A DNA stretch of 64,000 nt from an uncultured delta proteobacterium (GCA_963790475.1 CAWBOS010000006.1:640001-704000); one strand, 5' to 3'; positions 1 to 10,381 are shown, counted from the first letter of the stretch. Made by a program: numbers and translations. Notes: generated by a model from the sequence alone, not told the origin.

Positions 1-105
1 TTGACCTACTTGGTCGGACAGAAAGTAAGTCTGGAAGGCCATCAGAATGATCATGGCCAGGACAAAATACCAGATTGAAAAATGGGTCTTTTTTTCTATG
101 GGCAT
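1..105 (-). CDS. ftsH: ATP-dependent zinc metalloprotease FtsH, N-terminus only (runs off window)
   Basis: Manual translation from ATG at 105: MPIEKKTHFSIWYFVLAMIILMAFQTYFLSDQVGQ. The KKTHFSIWY motif plus TM helix resembles FtsH N-termini; only 35 aa visible. Confidence 0.65.
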   Translation of the reverse strand, partial: MPIEKKTHFSIWYFVLAMIILMAFQTYFLSDQVGQ

Positions 106-136
106 AAAAAGGGGGTCCTTTAGTTTGTTCGAAAAT

Positions 137-203
137 GGGGTTCAAGGGGTCAAGGACCCAAGTGAAAGGCGTGGAAGGTACAACCCTTGAATCCTCGAAT
201 CCT
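137..203. repeat. Inverted pair of degenerate 8-mer tandem repeats (GGGTTCAA-type / TTGAATCC-type)
   Basis: ggggttcaaggggtcaaggacccaag ... cccttgaatcctcgaatcct, intergenic between dedA and ftsH. Confidence 0.6.
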
Positions 204-220
204 ATTTTTCAACTGTTATA

Positions 221-793
221 TCAACGGGAGCGAAGCCAGTAATCAATAACTCTTCGCCCGATGACGGCGACAAAAAACCCTGTGACCAGGATGATAAGAA
301 TGGCCCATTCTATATTTTTAACAATCCGTTCACACGAATCTCCGACCCAATAGCCCAAGGTGGCAAAAAGAATGGCCCAGACGGTACAGCTGATCAATTG
401 CAGGGAAACAAACTTGGTGATTTTCATATCCAGGATGCCGAAAGCCAGGGCGCTGGCCAACCGTAACCCGAAGACATACTGGGTAATGAACAGACTGGTG
501 GTTTCATGACGGCGGATGAGGACCTCAGCCTGTTGTATCTTCCGTTGAAACTTAGGAAACCTGAACAAAATCCAGGGGGAGGCAGATTTTCCCAAGGAAT
601 AAAAGACCAAGTGACCCAGATAAGAGGCAAAAACGGAGGTGGCGATGACTTTCCAAAAGTTGAGATGCCCCTGATGGGAGAGCAAGCCGCCCAGAACCAA
701 GGTGGTTTCTCCTTCAAAGAAAGTCCCGGCAAAAATAATCAAATAACCATATTCCTGGAAAAGGTAGACCAGTTGTAAGAATTTTACAGACAC
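221..793 (-). CDS. DedA family membrane protein
   Basis: YGYLIIFAGTFFEGET, G-x-H-L-N-F and FITQYVFGLR motifs; hydrophobic 190 aa. Confidence 0.9.
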   Translation of the reverse strand: MSVKFLQLVYLFQEYGYLIIFAGTFFEGETTLVLGGLLSHQGHLNFWKVIATSVFASYLGHLVFYSLGKSASPWILFRFPKFQRKIQQAEVLIRRHETTSLFITQYVFGLRLASALAFGILDMKITKFVSLQLISCTVWAILFATLGYWVGDSCERIVKNIEWAILIILVTGFFVAVIGRRVIDYWLRSR

Positions 794-998
794 CCCAAGC
801 CCTCTTTCATTTCCGGTCCCCCTCCAATGAAAAAAATTCCCAGGGTTTTGGGTAAAAAGATTTTATGAAAAAGCCTTCTCCGGTGTCCCGGCTTAGCGCT
901 CCAGATAAATTCCCCGCTAATCGATAGATCCTTTTATCATAAAATATCCATCGGGGGCAAGTTAAGGTTGTTTCATAAAACAGCGAAACAGAAGATAC

Positions 999-1028
999 TT
1001 GACACGGCTTGATATTTTTTACTAAAGT
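999..1028 (+). promoter_or_regulatory. Putative sigma70 promoter of epimerase
   Basis: TTGACA (999-1004), 18 nt spacer, TAAAGT (1023-1028), about 50 nt upstream of ATG 1081. Confidence 0.4.
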
Positions 1029-1080
1029 ATTATATACTTGTAAAACACTTTTTTCATCCCAATGCAACAAGAAAGAGTCC

Positions 1081-2094
1081 ATGTCCTCTAGGATATTAGT
1101 CACCGGCGCTGCCGGGTTTATCGGTTTCCATCTTTGTAGGCGTCTCCTGGCAGACGGGAATCAGGTGATCGGTCTGGATAATCTGAATGAATACTACGAT
1201 GTCCGGTTGAAGCTGGATCGTCTGGGGCGGATTAAGGACCATGATCATTTTCATTTTTTTCAAATTGACCTCTCCGATCGAGAGGCGATCGCGCGCCTTT
1301 TCGCCGAGCAGGGATTTGATAAAGTGGTCAATCTGGCCGCTCAGGCCGGGGTACGTTATTCCCTGGTCAATCCCTACGCCTATGCCGAAACCAACCTCAT
1401 GGGGTTTTTAAATATCCTGGAAGGGTGCCGGCATCACCGGATCAAGCACTTGGTCTTTGCCTCGTCCAGCTCGGTTTATGGGGCCAATACCCGGATGCCT
1501 TTTTCCGTACACGACAACGTGGATCACCCGGTTTCTTTATATGCGGCCACCAAGAAGGCCAACGAACTGATGGCCCATACTTATGCCAGTTTGTTTAAAT
1601 TAGCTTGCACCGGTCTTCGGTTTTTCACGGTCTATGGTCCCTGGGGCCGGCCGGACATGGCCCTGTTCCTTTTTACCAGGGCTATCCTGGAGGGAAAGCC
1701 CATTGACGTTTTCAACTATGGTAAGATGCAGAGGGACTTCACTTACATTGACGACATCGTCGAAGGAGTGGTTCGGGTTTTGGACAAGATTCCTGAACCC
1801 AATTTGGAATGGAACGGCCGACAGCCGGATTCGGCCACCAGTTACGCCCCCTACCGAATATACAACATCGGGAATAACCACCCGGTTGAACTATTGTACT
1901 TTATCAAAGTCCTGGAACAATGTCTTGGGAAAAAAGCCCAAAAGAATCTTATATCCATTCAACCTGGCGATGTACCGGCCACCTATGCCGATGTAGAGGA
2001 CCTGAAGAACGAAGTGGGGTTCAAACCGGCCACTCCCATTGAAAAGGGAATCCAGAACTTTGTGGATTGGTATCGGGAGTATTATCAGGTATAA
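1081..2094 (+). CDS. NAD-dependent epimerase (UDP-glucuronate 4-epimerase-like)
   Basis: TGAAGFIG Rossmann motif, [30 protein letters not shown]. Confidence 0.95.
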   Translation: MSSRILVTGAAGFIGFHLCRRLLADGNQVIGLDNLNEYYDVRLKLDRLGRIKDHDHFHFFQIDLSDREAIARLFAEQGFDKVVNLAAQAGVRYSLVNPYAYAETNLMGFLNILEGCRHHRIKHLVFASSSSVYGANTRMPFSVHDNVDHPVSLYAATKKANELMAHTYASLFKLACTGLRFFTVYGPWGRPDMALFLFTRAILEGKPIDVFNYGKMQRDFTYIDDIVEGVVRVLDKIPEPNLEWNGRQPDSATSYAPYRIYNIGNNHPVELLYFIKVLEQCLGKKAQKNLISIQPGDVPATYADVEDLKNEVGFKPATPIEKGIQNFVDWYREYYQV

Positions 2095-2278
2095 TAGGCT
2101 GAAGGATAAGTTTCTGGTGTCCGGCGACCATCATCATCCTTAACAATGCCGGTAACAGGAGATGATCCGGAAACGATTCGATTCTTTGTTGTTGGTTGTT
2201 TTCCTTTTTTTCTTAGGAGGAGAATCCGCTCTTTCTGAAGACTCACCTCCGTATGGACCCAAATCAAGGAGGCCTGCC

Positions 2279-3670
2279 ATGACACAAGATATCAGAAAAT
2301 CCATCATTGCCGGCAGTTGGTATCCCGGGACATCGGAAACCCTGCGTTCCCAGATCCAGGGTTTCATCAAAGCAGTTCCCGATAGGCCGGAAATAACCGG
2401 AGAACTGATCGCCCTGATCGTCCCTCATGCCGGCTATGTTTACTCAGGCGGGGTGGCTGCCCATGCCTATAAGCTCTTATTAACCCGACCTTTCCCCGAG
2501 GTCGTGATTATTGCCCCCAGCCACCGCCACCCTTTTAAAGGGGCCTCTATCGACCTGAAGACCGCCTATGAAACCCCTCTCGGCCTCATCCCGGTAGATC
2601 GGTTATCAGCCCAGTCCCTTTTCGAAAAAAGCTCGATTTTTAAATACGTCCCGCAAGGACATGATCAGGAACATTCCCTGGAAATACAGCTTCCTTTTTT
2701 GCAGGAAACTCTTGGGAAATTCTCAATGGTACCCATCATTCAAGGTTCCCAGGATCTGTCTACCTGTGAAGAAATGGCCCGGGCCTTGGCCGAGGTTCTC
2801 AAAGGGAAAAAAGTCCTGTTGGTCGCCAGCAGCGATCTATCCCATTTCCATCCTTACGAACAGGCGAAAGCTCTGGACAAGAAAGTCTTGAGACGGGTGG
2901 AGGCTTTTGATGAGCGGGGCTTAATGCAGGATATGATCCAGGATCAGGTGGAAGCCTGCGGTGGCGGGCCGATCGTTACGGTGATGAAAACAGCCCGACT
3001 CCTTTCTGCCGATCGGTCATTGGTATTGAACTATGCCAACTCCGGGGATGTCACCGGTGACCGCTCCGGGGTGGTGGGTTATATGTCGGCGGCTATTTTT
3101 AAATCAAGCCCGGAGAAGGGAAAAAACAAGGAAAATGGTTTTTCCAGGGAGGAAAAAGATTTTTTGCATCGGCTGGCCCGAGGAGCCATTGAACACCATC
3201 TCTTGGGCAGCCTTATGCCCACCCGTGAGGGGGAACCCCGAAGATTATCTGAAAAAAGGGGGGCTTTCGTAACCCTGAAGACCCACGGCCAGTTGCGGGG
3301 CTGTATCGGCCATATCCAGGCCCTAAAGCCCCTTTCACAAACCATTATCGATATGGCCCAAGCCGCCGCCTTTCAGGACCCGCGGTTTCCGCCCCTTTCC
3401 AAGCGGGAGCTCAAAGACCTGTCTATAGAAATCTCGGCCCTGACCCCATTACGTCAGATACAGGACACCAAGGAAATTCAGGTGGGAAAACATGGACTGT
3501 ATATCGAACGGGGATTTAACTCCGGACTTCTCTTGCCCCAGGTGGCCACCGAATATGGCTGGAACACCCAAACCTTTTTGGAGCAGACCTGTCAGAAGGC
3601 CGGTCTCCCCAAGGATGCCTGGAAAGATAGCAAAACAAAAATCCAAATCTTTTCGGCCGAGATATTTTGA
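2279..3670 (+). CDS. AmmeMemoRadiSam protein B (MEMO1-like) fused to protein A (AMMECR1 domain)
   Basis: AGSWYP, PHAGYVYSG, EHSLEIQLPFLQ, SSDLSHF (MEMO1), then GAFVTL..LRGCIG, DPRFPP, LLPQVA (AMMECR1). AGGAGG precedes ATG 2279; the ORF track start at 2162 is probably too long. Confidence 0.92.
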   Translation: MTQDIRKSIIAGSWYPGTSETLRSQIQGFIKAVPDRPEITGELIALIVPHAGYVYSGGVAAHAYKLLLTRPFPEVVIIAPSHRHPFKGASIDLKTAYETPLGLIPVDRLSAQSLFEKSSIFKYVPQGHDQEHSLEIQLPFLQETLGKFSMVPIIQGSQDLSTCEEMARALAEVLKGKKVLLVASSDLSHFHPYEQAKALDKKVLRRVEAFDERGLMQDMIQDQVEACGGGPIVTVMKTARLLSADRSLVLNYANSGDVTGDRSGVVGYMSAAIFKSSPEKGKNKENGFSREEKDFLHRLARGAIEHHLLGSLMPTREGEPRRLSEKRGAFVTLKTHGQLRGCIGHIQALKPLSQTIIDMAQAAAFQDPRFPPLSKRELKDLSIEISALTPLRQIQDTKEIQVGKHGLYIERGFNSGLLLPQVATEYGWNTQTFLEQTCQKAGLPKDAWKDSKTKIQIFSAEIF

Positions 3671-3684
3671 TATGAAAATCCCTA

Positions 3685-4413
3685 TTATTTGGGTCCAAAG
3701 ACCGGCTGAGTCGGTGAAGGAGCCGCGGCGGGAGCGGGAGGAGACCTCTTCTTAGTTTTTTTGGTTCGAACAGGTTGGCTTTCGACTGCAGAAACGGCTG
3801 GGCTTACCTCTGCAGCGGGAGGCAACGATTTTTCCGTGAGGGCATTCAGAAATTCCTGGTCGGAAAAAAGCTTATCGATAAGGGAGGTCATGGAGTCACT
3901 GATGCTTTCATCATAATTAGTATCGCTAAGGCTTCGGCCTCTGTTTTTGCCGACACCGGCATAGGTGCGGCTGTAGTGGACACGCCCGTTTCTGTCTTTC
4001 ACGTCGATCTTTAACTGGGTTTGGGAATCATAAGTGGACGTTTCTACGGTCCAGAATTTAATCAGGGTTCCAGAGATAGTTTTTGCTGCCGCTCCGGCAC
4101 TATCCTCAACGGAAAATTTCTTCTGTCGAAACTCTCTGACCAGGACCGACCGGACAAAACCAGCGGGCTCATTAGAAGCCCTAATAGTAACTCTTTGATC
4201 CTTATCTTCCAGATTTTCTCCAATCGTTCTGGGATTGGACCGGGCATCTTGAATAGATTCAAAAAATATCCTGCTTGCCGGAACGTTTTTGGGATAAACT
4301 TTTACACTTTCTCTGGGTTTAAATTCAAGATCGACCGTCAGGCTGTCTGATTTGGCATAGAGTGTAAAAGGGATCAGCAAACAGAAAAGAAATACGTACA
4401 TGGTGTTTTTCAA
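3685..4413 (-). CDS. Secreted hypothetical protein, possibly YajG-like
   Basis: Signal peptide (LFCLLIPFTLYA), IQDAR motif, Pro/Ala-rich tail. Confidence 0.6.
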   Translation of the reverse strand: MKNTMYVFLFCLLIPFTLYAKSDSLTVDLEFKPRESVKVYPKNVPASRIFFESIQDARSNPRTIGENLEDKDQRVTIRASNEPAGFVRSVLVREFRQKKFSVEDSAGAAAKTISGTLIKFWTVETSTYDSQTQLKIDVKDRNGRVHYSRTYAGVGKNRGRSLSDTNYDESISDSMTSLIDKLFSDQEFLNALTEKSLPPAAEVSPAVSAVESQPVRTKKTKKRSPPAPAAAPSPTQPVFGPK

Positions 4414-4603
4414 TGGAAGACCTCTGTTATGTTGGCAATTCTAAGAATACTAATAAACTTCAAGAAAGGGAATCATTATTGGGCGAATTATAAAAGGGGT
4501 TCCCAATTTGGTCAAGGGAAAAACAGAGGGGATTTTTTTTGTTCAACCTCTTATAAAGAGATCTTAACTTCAGCAACGCGTAAAATCCAATGGAGGGATT
4601 CCA

Positions 4604-6181
4604 ATTCATTTAGCCGAGCTTCTATTTAAAGCAGCCCGAGGTTATCCCCAAAAAGAGGGGGTTTGCTGTCATCAGGGGGTGTTCACTTATGAACAGTTTT
4701 CTCAAAGGGTCTTCCGACTGGCCCATTTTCTGAGAGACCGGGGTCTGGGGCCGGGCCGTCAGGTGGCGATTCTGCAATACAACTGTCATGTCTTCCTCGA
4801 ATCCTACTTTGCCGCCGCCCTCATCGGTGCGGCTTTGGTCCCCCTCAATTATCGTCTTTCATCCAGGGAAATAGGCTATATTCTCAACGACTCTGAATCC
4901 GATTTGATCATTCTCCATTCGGATTTCTTCCCCAAAATAGAATCCCTAAAGAATCTTAAAGTCACGCCCTCCAATATCCTGGTGGTGAATCACGGTGACC
5001 GCACTCCCTTGCCAGGGTTGGATTACGAGACCGTCCTTAGGTTCTCCTTTCCGGAACCTGTCCTGGATTGGGGTCCGGGAGTTGAGACTACGGCCCAGAT
5101 CTATTATACCAGCGGGACCACCGGCCGCCCCAAAGGGGTTATGCTCAGTCATAAAAATTGTCACCTTCATGCCCTGGGTACGATTGCCGAACTTCATTTG
5201 ACGGATTCCGATGTCTGGCTGCATGTGGCCCCCCTCTTCCACTTGGCCGATGCCTGGGCCACCTGGGCCGTGACCTGGACCGGCGGCACTCATGTCCTGG
5301 TCAAGGAATTCGATCCTCTTGCGGTTCTGGATACGATGGTCCGAGAAAAGGTCACCCTGACCAATATGATTCCCACCATGCTCAACCAGTTGATCCATCA
5401 CCCGGCTTTCCCGAACTATGCCTTTCCTCATCTTCGAGTCCTATTGAGCGGTGGAGCCCCGATTGCCCCGGAAGTGGTCCGAAAGATCATGCAAGGATTC
5501 GGTTGTGACTATATCCAAACCTATGGGATGACGGAGACCAGTCCTTTTCTGACCTTTTCCATATTGAAAGGGCATTTAAAAACCTTGCCGCTGGAAAAAC
5601 AGTTTCAGTTCAAGGCCAGGACCGGCCGGGCCTTCATCGGGGTTTCCCTTAAAGTGGTGCGGGAAAACGGCGAAGAAGTCAGGCCGGACGACCAGGAGGT
5701 CGGAGAAATCATTGTTCAAGGGGATACCATTACCCAGGGATATTGGAAACTACCTGAAGAGACCCGGAAGGCTATCAAAAACGGATGGCTTTATACCGGA
5801 GATCTGGCCGTAATGGATGAGGAAGGGTATGTCAATATCGTGGACCGGAAGAAAGACATGATTGTCACCGGAGGCGAGAATGTCTATTCCACTGAGGTTG
5901 AAAATATTCTCTATCAAATTCCCCAGATACTGGAAACCGCGGTCTTCGGGATCCCGGATGAAAAATGGGGTGAAGCCGTCCATGCCGCTGTGGTTTTGAA
6001 AGAAGGGCAGCAGGTCTCGGAAGAAGAAATCATCCAGTTTTGTAAAATGAACCTGGCCCGGTATAAGGCCCCCAAGTCAATTTCTTTCCTCGCCCAATTG
6101 CCCCGGACCGGTTCCGGCAAGCTTTTCAAAAAAGGCCTTCGAGATCCTTTCTGGGAACAATTTGATAAAAAGGTCCAATAA
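4604..6181 (+). CDS. Long-chain fatty acid-CoA ligase
   Basis: YTSGTTGRPKG, YGMTET, GWLYTGD, DRKKDMIVTGGENVY. The family-like N-terminus extends in frame upstream of GTG 4679 to an ATT at 4604 behind GGAGGG. Confidence 0.92.
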   Translation: MHLAELLFKAARGYPQKEGVCCHQGVFTYEQFSQRVFRLAHFLRDRGLGPGRQVAILQYNCHVFLESYFAAALIGAALVPLNYRLSSREIGYILNDSESDLIILHSDFFPKIESLKNLKVTPSNILVVNHGDRTPLPGLDYETVLRFSFPEPVLDWGPGVETTAQIYYTSGTTGRPKGVMLSHKNCHLHALGTIAELHLTDSDVWLHVAPLFHLADAWATWAVTWTGGTHVLVKEFDPLAVLDTMVREKVTLTNMIPTMLNQLIHHPAFPNYAFPHLRVLLSGGAPIAPEVVRKIMQGFGCDYIQTYGMTETSPFLTFSILKGHLKTLPLEKQFQFKARTGRAFIGVSLKVVRENGEEVRPDDQEVGEIIVQGDTITQGYWKLPEETRKAIKNGWLYTGDLAVMDEEGYVNIVDRKKDMIVTGGENVYSTEVENILYQIPQILETAVFGIPDEKWGEAVHAAVVLKEGQQVSEEEIIQFCKMNLARYKAPKSISFLAQLPRTGSGKLFKKGLRDPFWEQFDKKVQ

Positions 6182-6246
6182 ATTAATCCGGATCGACATT
6201 GCCGTAAACAATTTTTCTCCTTCTCAAGGTGAGGGGGCACCCCTTT

Positions 6247-7629
6247 CTATTGATGAGGGACCGAGCCCAAAACCGAAATATCCAACCAGCGTTCCACCTC
6301 CTCAGCCGATTTAAAGGTGGGATCGATATATTCCAATACGAAAGCCAGACCCAATCCCAGAATCGCTCCGGCCAACATCCCGATAATTGTATTCAAAAAC
6401 AGATCCGGTCTGACCGGGATGGTAGGGACATCGGCCTTGTCAATAAATTCGATATGAGCCAAGGGGTAGGCGTTCATGGCTTCGGAAAATCGGGTCTTCT
6501 CAATCTCGCGCAGGAGGTCACGGTATCCCTCTTCCTGCAGTTCAAAACTCCCCACCCGTTTTGAATATTCAAATTGTTTTTGAGCCAAAGTCGAATACCG
6601 GTCCAATATTTCCTTAAAGGTCTTAACGCGGGCTTCCAGGACCGCCATATCCACAGAACGTCCGTCGAGATCGGATTTAATTTCTGTGTTGAGAAGCTGT
6701 CGATGATGGTCGATCTCCTTCAGGATCATCCCATTTTCGGGAGAGCCCTCGGTATATTGAGACCGGAGAGCGGCCAATTGACTTTCCAGTTTGACCAGCT
6801 GGGTTTTTATGGACGACAAGACCGGATTCTCCCGGACCAATTTTTGAGGGACAAACCCTTTGCGGACCATCTCCCGAAGTCGATTTAAATAATCCTCGGC
6901 CTCTTTTAGGGCCATCCTGGCATTGAGATAATTGTTGTTATAGGTGATTAACTCAATATTGGCCCCTTGCTGTTTGACGGTGGAAATTAAAAAAGCTATT
7001 TCAGGTCCGGACAGGCCTTCGAAATTCTTCATCTGTTCTTCTGCCCGTCTCATTTTTTCCAATTGGGCCTGAGACTGCTTCTCCAAAAAATCAATGGTTT
7101 GTCGAGCGGTCTTTTCCTTCTGTTCCCGGGTGTAGGTCATACACTCCTGAGGCATCAGGTTGGCGGCTTCAGCCGCCCTAACCGGATTGCCGTCGGTAAC
7201 CTGAATGATGAGGACATCTGAACTGCTCAAATCAAATCCCTCAGGTGAAAAGACCCGGATATTTTGCTGAAAAGATTTGATTTGCTTAGAGGATATCTCC
7301 TTTTGATCCGGGAACAACCGGATCAGGACCCGCCGGGCGACTTCATCACTTCGGAGAATTTCCGCTTGGGATTGAAGGAAGGTCATCCGCTCTGTTCGAA
7401 AATCGTAATAGGGCAGCCCCTGAAGGGGTGGGTTGATCTTCCGTTCTTTGACCAGGATTTTGGCGGAAGTTACATATTTCGGCGGGAGAAGCCAACTGGA
7501 AATAAAACCCAGCCCGGTCAAAGCCAAAAAAGTGAAGAGGATTACCAAGGATCGTGAAGAAAGAATCCTCAAAAAATCTCTAAAAAAAGACCTTCTCCTG
7601 TAGGGGCGAATCAAAGCAGAGCTCTCCAT
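6247..7629 (-). CDS. Polysaccharide chain-length determinant / co-polymerase (Wzc/GumC membrane part)
   Basis: Two TM helices flanking a long coiled coil; P-x-Y-x-x-S-A-x-I near the N-terminus, IDKADVPTIPVRP, EVERWLDISVLGSVP. Confidence 0.88.
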   Translation of the reverse strand: MESSALIRPYRRRSFFRDFLRILSSRSLVILFTFLALTGLGFISSWLLPPKYVTSAKILVKERKINPPLQGLPYYDFRTERMTFLQSQAEILRSDEVARRVLIRLFPDQKEISSKQIKSFQQNIRVFSPEGFDLSSSDVLIIQVTDGNPVRAAEAANLMPQECMTYTREQKEKTARQTIDFLEKQSQAQLEKMRRAEEQMKNFEGLSGPEIAFLISTVKQQGANIELITYNNNYLNARMALKEAEDYLNRLREMVRKGFVPQKLVRENPVLSSIKTQLVKLESQLAALRSQYTEGSPENGMILKEIDHHRQLLNTEIKSDLDGRSVDMAVLEARVKTFKEILDRYSTLAQKQFEYSKRVGSFELQEEGYRDLLREIEKTRFSEAMNAYPLAHIEFIDKADVPTIPVRPDLFLNTIIGMLAGAILGLGLAFVLEYIDPTFKSAEEVERWLDISVLGSVPHQ

Positions 7630-7657
7630 TTTAAGAACTTTCCCCTAGGACCCAGAA

Positions 7658-8509
7658 TTATTTCCGTCTCTGATATCGAAAACGGGGAATATGTTGTTTC
7701 TTTTGATTGAAAACGACCCCCAAAAACGCCCGGTGACCGATGAACCTTTCCGCTGCCCGCCTAACGACTTCTTTCCGGGCAGCCCGGGCCTGGATGATCA
7801 GAACCGAGGCCTCCACCCAAGGGAGGATCATTTCCGCTTCAGGGCTTTCCAAAATGGGGGGGAGATCCAGCAGGATAAAATCAAACTCCGCTTTAAAAGC
7901 GTTCAATAATCCTTCCATCCCTTCAGAACCCAATAAAGGCAACGGCTGCTGAAGAGGCTGCCCGAAAGGAAGAATATAGAAATTTTTAATATCACTGATT
8001 CGAAGGGCATCTTCCCAGAGTATTTTACCCAGTAAGACGTCGGTTAACCCCGGAAGGGGGTCCAAATCGAACAGGGTATGGATTTCCGGATGCCGGGCAT
8101 TCCCATCCAACAGCAATATATTCCCAGTGCAGATTTTGGCCAGAGCCAAAGACACATTGGAACAGACGGTGGTTGTGCCCTCACCGGACACCGAAGAAGT
8201 AAACAGAATAGCCCCTTTTTTCCCCTCCCCCATTTGCATTCTTATGTTGAGTGCAATAGAATCGATCTCTTTGGACCGCCATAATAAGTGCTCGGTTTCA
8301 CCGGGGGGAAGAGCCTTTCTCGAAAAATAATTTCCTGGAACGGTATTCATCCTGACGGTAAAAGACCGCGGGGACGGCTTCTCCCCATCTAGTGGAAGGG
8401 TCCCATCCAAGGCCTTCCGGACCGCTTCTTCCACTGCCTGTTGCAGGTGTCGATCAATCCCCACCTTTTGTTCTCTGGCCTTTTTCAAGGCCTCTTCTTT
8501 GGTACTCAA
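7658..8509 (-). CDS. CpsD/CapB family BY-kinase-like protein (degenerate Walker A)
   Basis: TSSVSGEGTTT, LLLDGNARHP, FDFILLDLPP. Confidence 0.85.
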   Translation of the reverse strand: MSTKEEALKKAREQKVGIDRHLQQAVEEAVRKALDGTLPLDGEKPSPRSFTVRMNTVPGNYFSRKALPPGETEHLLWRSKEIDSIALNIRMQMGEGKKGAILFTSSVSGEGTTTVCSNVSLALAKICTGNILLLDGNARHPEIHTLFDLDPLPGLTDVLLGKILWEDALRISDIKNFYILPFGQPLQQPLPLLGSEGMEGLLNAFKAEFDFILLDLPPILESPEAEMILPWVEASVLIIQARAARKEVVRRAAERFIGHRAFLGVVFNQKKQHIPRFRYQRRK

Positions 8510-9756
8510 CGAGATGCTCCCCTGGGATTGACTCCGGACCCTTCCGGTTCCGGATACATCTTATTGAGCCTTTTCCTTGGCAGAAGGGGATCGGAGCGAC
8601 TGTCTTTTTCCATTTCAGTCAAGGGAATTTTTATGGTATTGGCCGGGGAAGAGGTCTCGAAACCCTGATTCTCTTTTCTCCACTCCGTAAAAGCCGCCAT
8701 AGAACCCAAACCTGCGACAGTGACCGCCAAGACTACCAGCAGGGCAATCAGGGCTCGTTTTGATTTTTCTGCCCGGCGGGAAAATTTTTCTTCCGAAACT
8801 GAACCTCCTCCCGGCTCGGGTTCTTCAAAAGAACCGGCCTTGAATTGAATTTCTTTGACTCCGGATGTCTGCACCCCCCTTCCCTGGTTCTCATTAATTT
8901 TCCCAGGAAACCTTTGCTTCCTTTCCTCGTTCAGTTCTTCTGCGGATCTGGTCCCTTCGATTTCCTTTTGAGCCCTCCTAACCAGAAAGGGATCTATGAT
9001 CCAGGCTTCGGCCACATAGGCATGGATCAGACAGGAATCACACAAGAAATTGATTAGCCGAGGAATTCCCTTGCTGAATCGGTAAATGAGATCCATGGCT
9101 TCGGGGGTGAAGCGTAGGGACGGTTTAGGTTGGACCTTATTCAAACGGAACACCACATAGCCGTGGGTCTCCGCCCTGGTCAAAGGCCCCAGGTAGAAAC
9201 TTCCGGCAACCCTTTGTCTGAGTTGGACCATATCCGGTCTTTCCATATTTCTCGCTAATCCCGGCTGGCCTACAAATACAATTTGGATCAATTTTTCCCG
9301 GGGGGTTTCCAGATTGGAAAGCATCCGTATCCCTTCCAGGACCGAAGGTTCCAAGTTTTGGGCTTCATCGACGATCAAGACTACCTTACGATTCTGACCA
9401 TAAGCCTCAATCAAATAGTGTTTCAAGGCCTTCAGGAGGTCCCATTTTTGCTGCCCTGGAGATGATATCCCCAGTTCCTCGACCACTTCCCGTAAAAATT
9501 CACAAAAATCCAAATTGGTATGAATAATGTGGACGACGGTAATCTTTTGAGCATCCAAGCGATCGATAAGCGCCCGGCACAAGGTGGTCTTCCCTGTTCC
9601 CACCTCTCCGATGAGGACCGAGAACCCCTTCCCATCCAAAATATTAAACTCCAAATGGGCCAATCCTTCCCGGTGCCCGACGGAAAGATATAAAAACTCG
9701 GTATCAGGAGTTTCCGCGAAAGGTTTTTCCGAAAGCCCGAAATATTCTTGATACAT
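8506..9756 (-). CDS. ExeA/GspA-like AAA ATPase with C-terminal TM anchor
   Basis: MY..YFGL.EKPF..TPD, GEVGTGKTT, LIVDEAQNL, GIPRLIN.LCD. Confidence 0.9.
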   Translation of the reverse strand: MYQEYFGLSEKPFAETPDTEFLYLSVGHREGLAHLEFNILDGKGFSVLIGEVGTGKTTLCRALIDRLDAQKITVVHIIHTNLDFCEFLREVVEELGISSPGQQKWDLLKALKHYLIEAYGQNRKVVLIVDEAQNLEPSVLEGIRMLSNLETPREKLIQIVFVGQPGLARNMERPDMVQLRQRVAGSFYLGPLTRAETHGYVVFRLNKVQPKPSLRFTPEAMDLIYRFSKGIPRLINFLCDSCLIHAYVAEAWIIDPFLVRRAQKEIEGTRSAEELNEERKQRFPGKINENQGRGVQTSGVKEIQFKAGSFEEPEPGGGSVSEEKFSRRAEKSKRALIALLVVLAVTVAGLGSMAAFTEWRKENQGFETSSPANTIKIPLTEMEKDSRSDPLLPRKRLNKMYPEPEGSGVNPRGASR

Positions 9757-9912
9757 TTTGCTCCTATTGTTTCGGAAATCGGTTTATAAGAAAGGGGAGT
9801 CCTCTAAGGTCATCGTCGACCCATCGGAAAGGGACAGGGAAAAGGCAAAGACGGCAATAAGCCGGAAAAGAAACGGCCGGGATAAGTTTAAAATCCTTTT
9901 CGAATTTCCTGC

Positions 9913-10311
9913 TCATCGTGACAAGGATTTTTTGATCATCTTTTCCTGTTCACCGCCGCTTCTGGACAGAAAATTAAAAATAGCCGCCCGGAAAATTTCC
10001 ACCTTGGAACGTCTTAAACTTTTAGATAGTTCATTTAAACTGATTAACTGACTTTCCGATAAAGTGGTGGTGAAGGGCCTTAATTGACTTTTTTCCATTT
10101 TATTATAGGTAGTTAAAATGATACTTTCCTGATCTTTTTCCGGAAGGCCCAAAAATATATTTAAGGAGGTACGAACCCAGTCCGCCTTTTTTCGATGAAG
10201 GGCCGTGGCCGCTTCCTGAAGAGAATCCCTTAGTCCTTTAGGCAACGAGGTGGAATACATTACCTTTCTATCCTTGCCTTTCGGTTTATCATCTTCCAGA
10301 AAAATTTTCAT
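9913..10311 (-). CDS. Putative DNA-binding protein with two tandem ribbon-helix-helix units
   Basis: Internal repeat YSTSLPKGLRDSLQEAATALHRKKADWVRTSLNIFL / FTTTLSESQLISLNELSKSLRRSKVEIFRAAIFNFL fits the RHH strand-helix-helix pattern. Confidence 0.7.
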   Translation of the reverse strand: MKIFLEDDKPKGKDRKVMYSTSLPKGLRDSLQEAATALHRKKADWVRTSLNIFLGLPEKDQESIILTTYNKMEKSQLRPFTTTLSESQLISLNELSKSLRRSKVEIFRAAIFNFLSRSGGEQEKMIKKSLSR

Positions 10312-10381
10312 AGGCGTTTGTTTTAGATATAATTCTCTTAATGGTTTTATATTTTATTAAATTTTAGAAAGTGATAAACTC

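Noticed and set aside
807-1103. 98-aa minus-strand ORF and the many short antisense ORFs in the track (e.g. 17393-18124, 4946-5431)
   Set aside because: They overlap promoters or well-supported genes on the other strand or frame and show no recognisable motifs.
9760-9910. c-di-GMP riboswitch between the RHH and ExeA genes
   Set aside because: GGCAAA and GAAA words are on the non-coding strand and the GEMM two-stem arrangement is absent.
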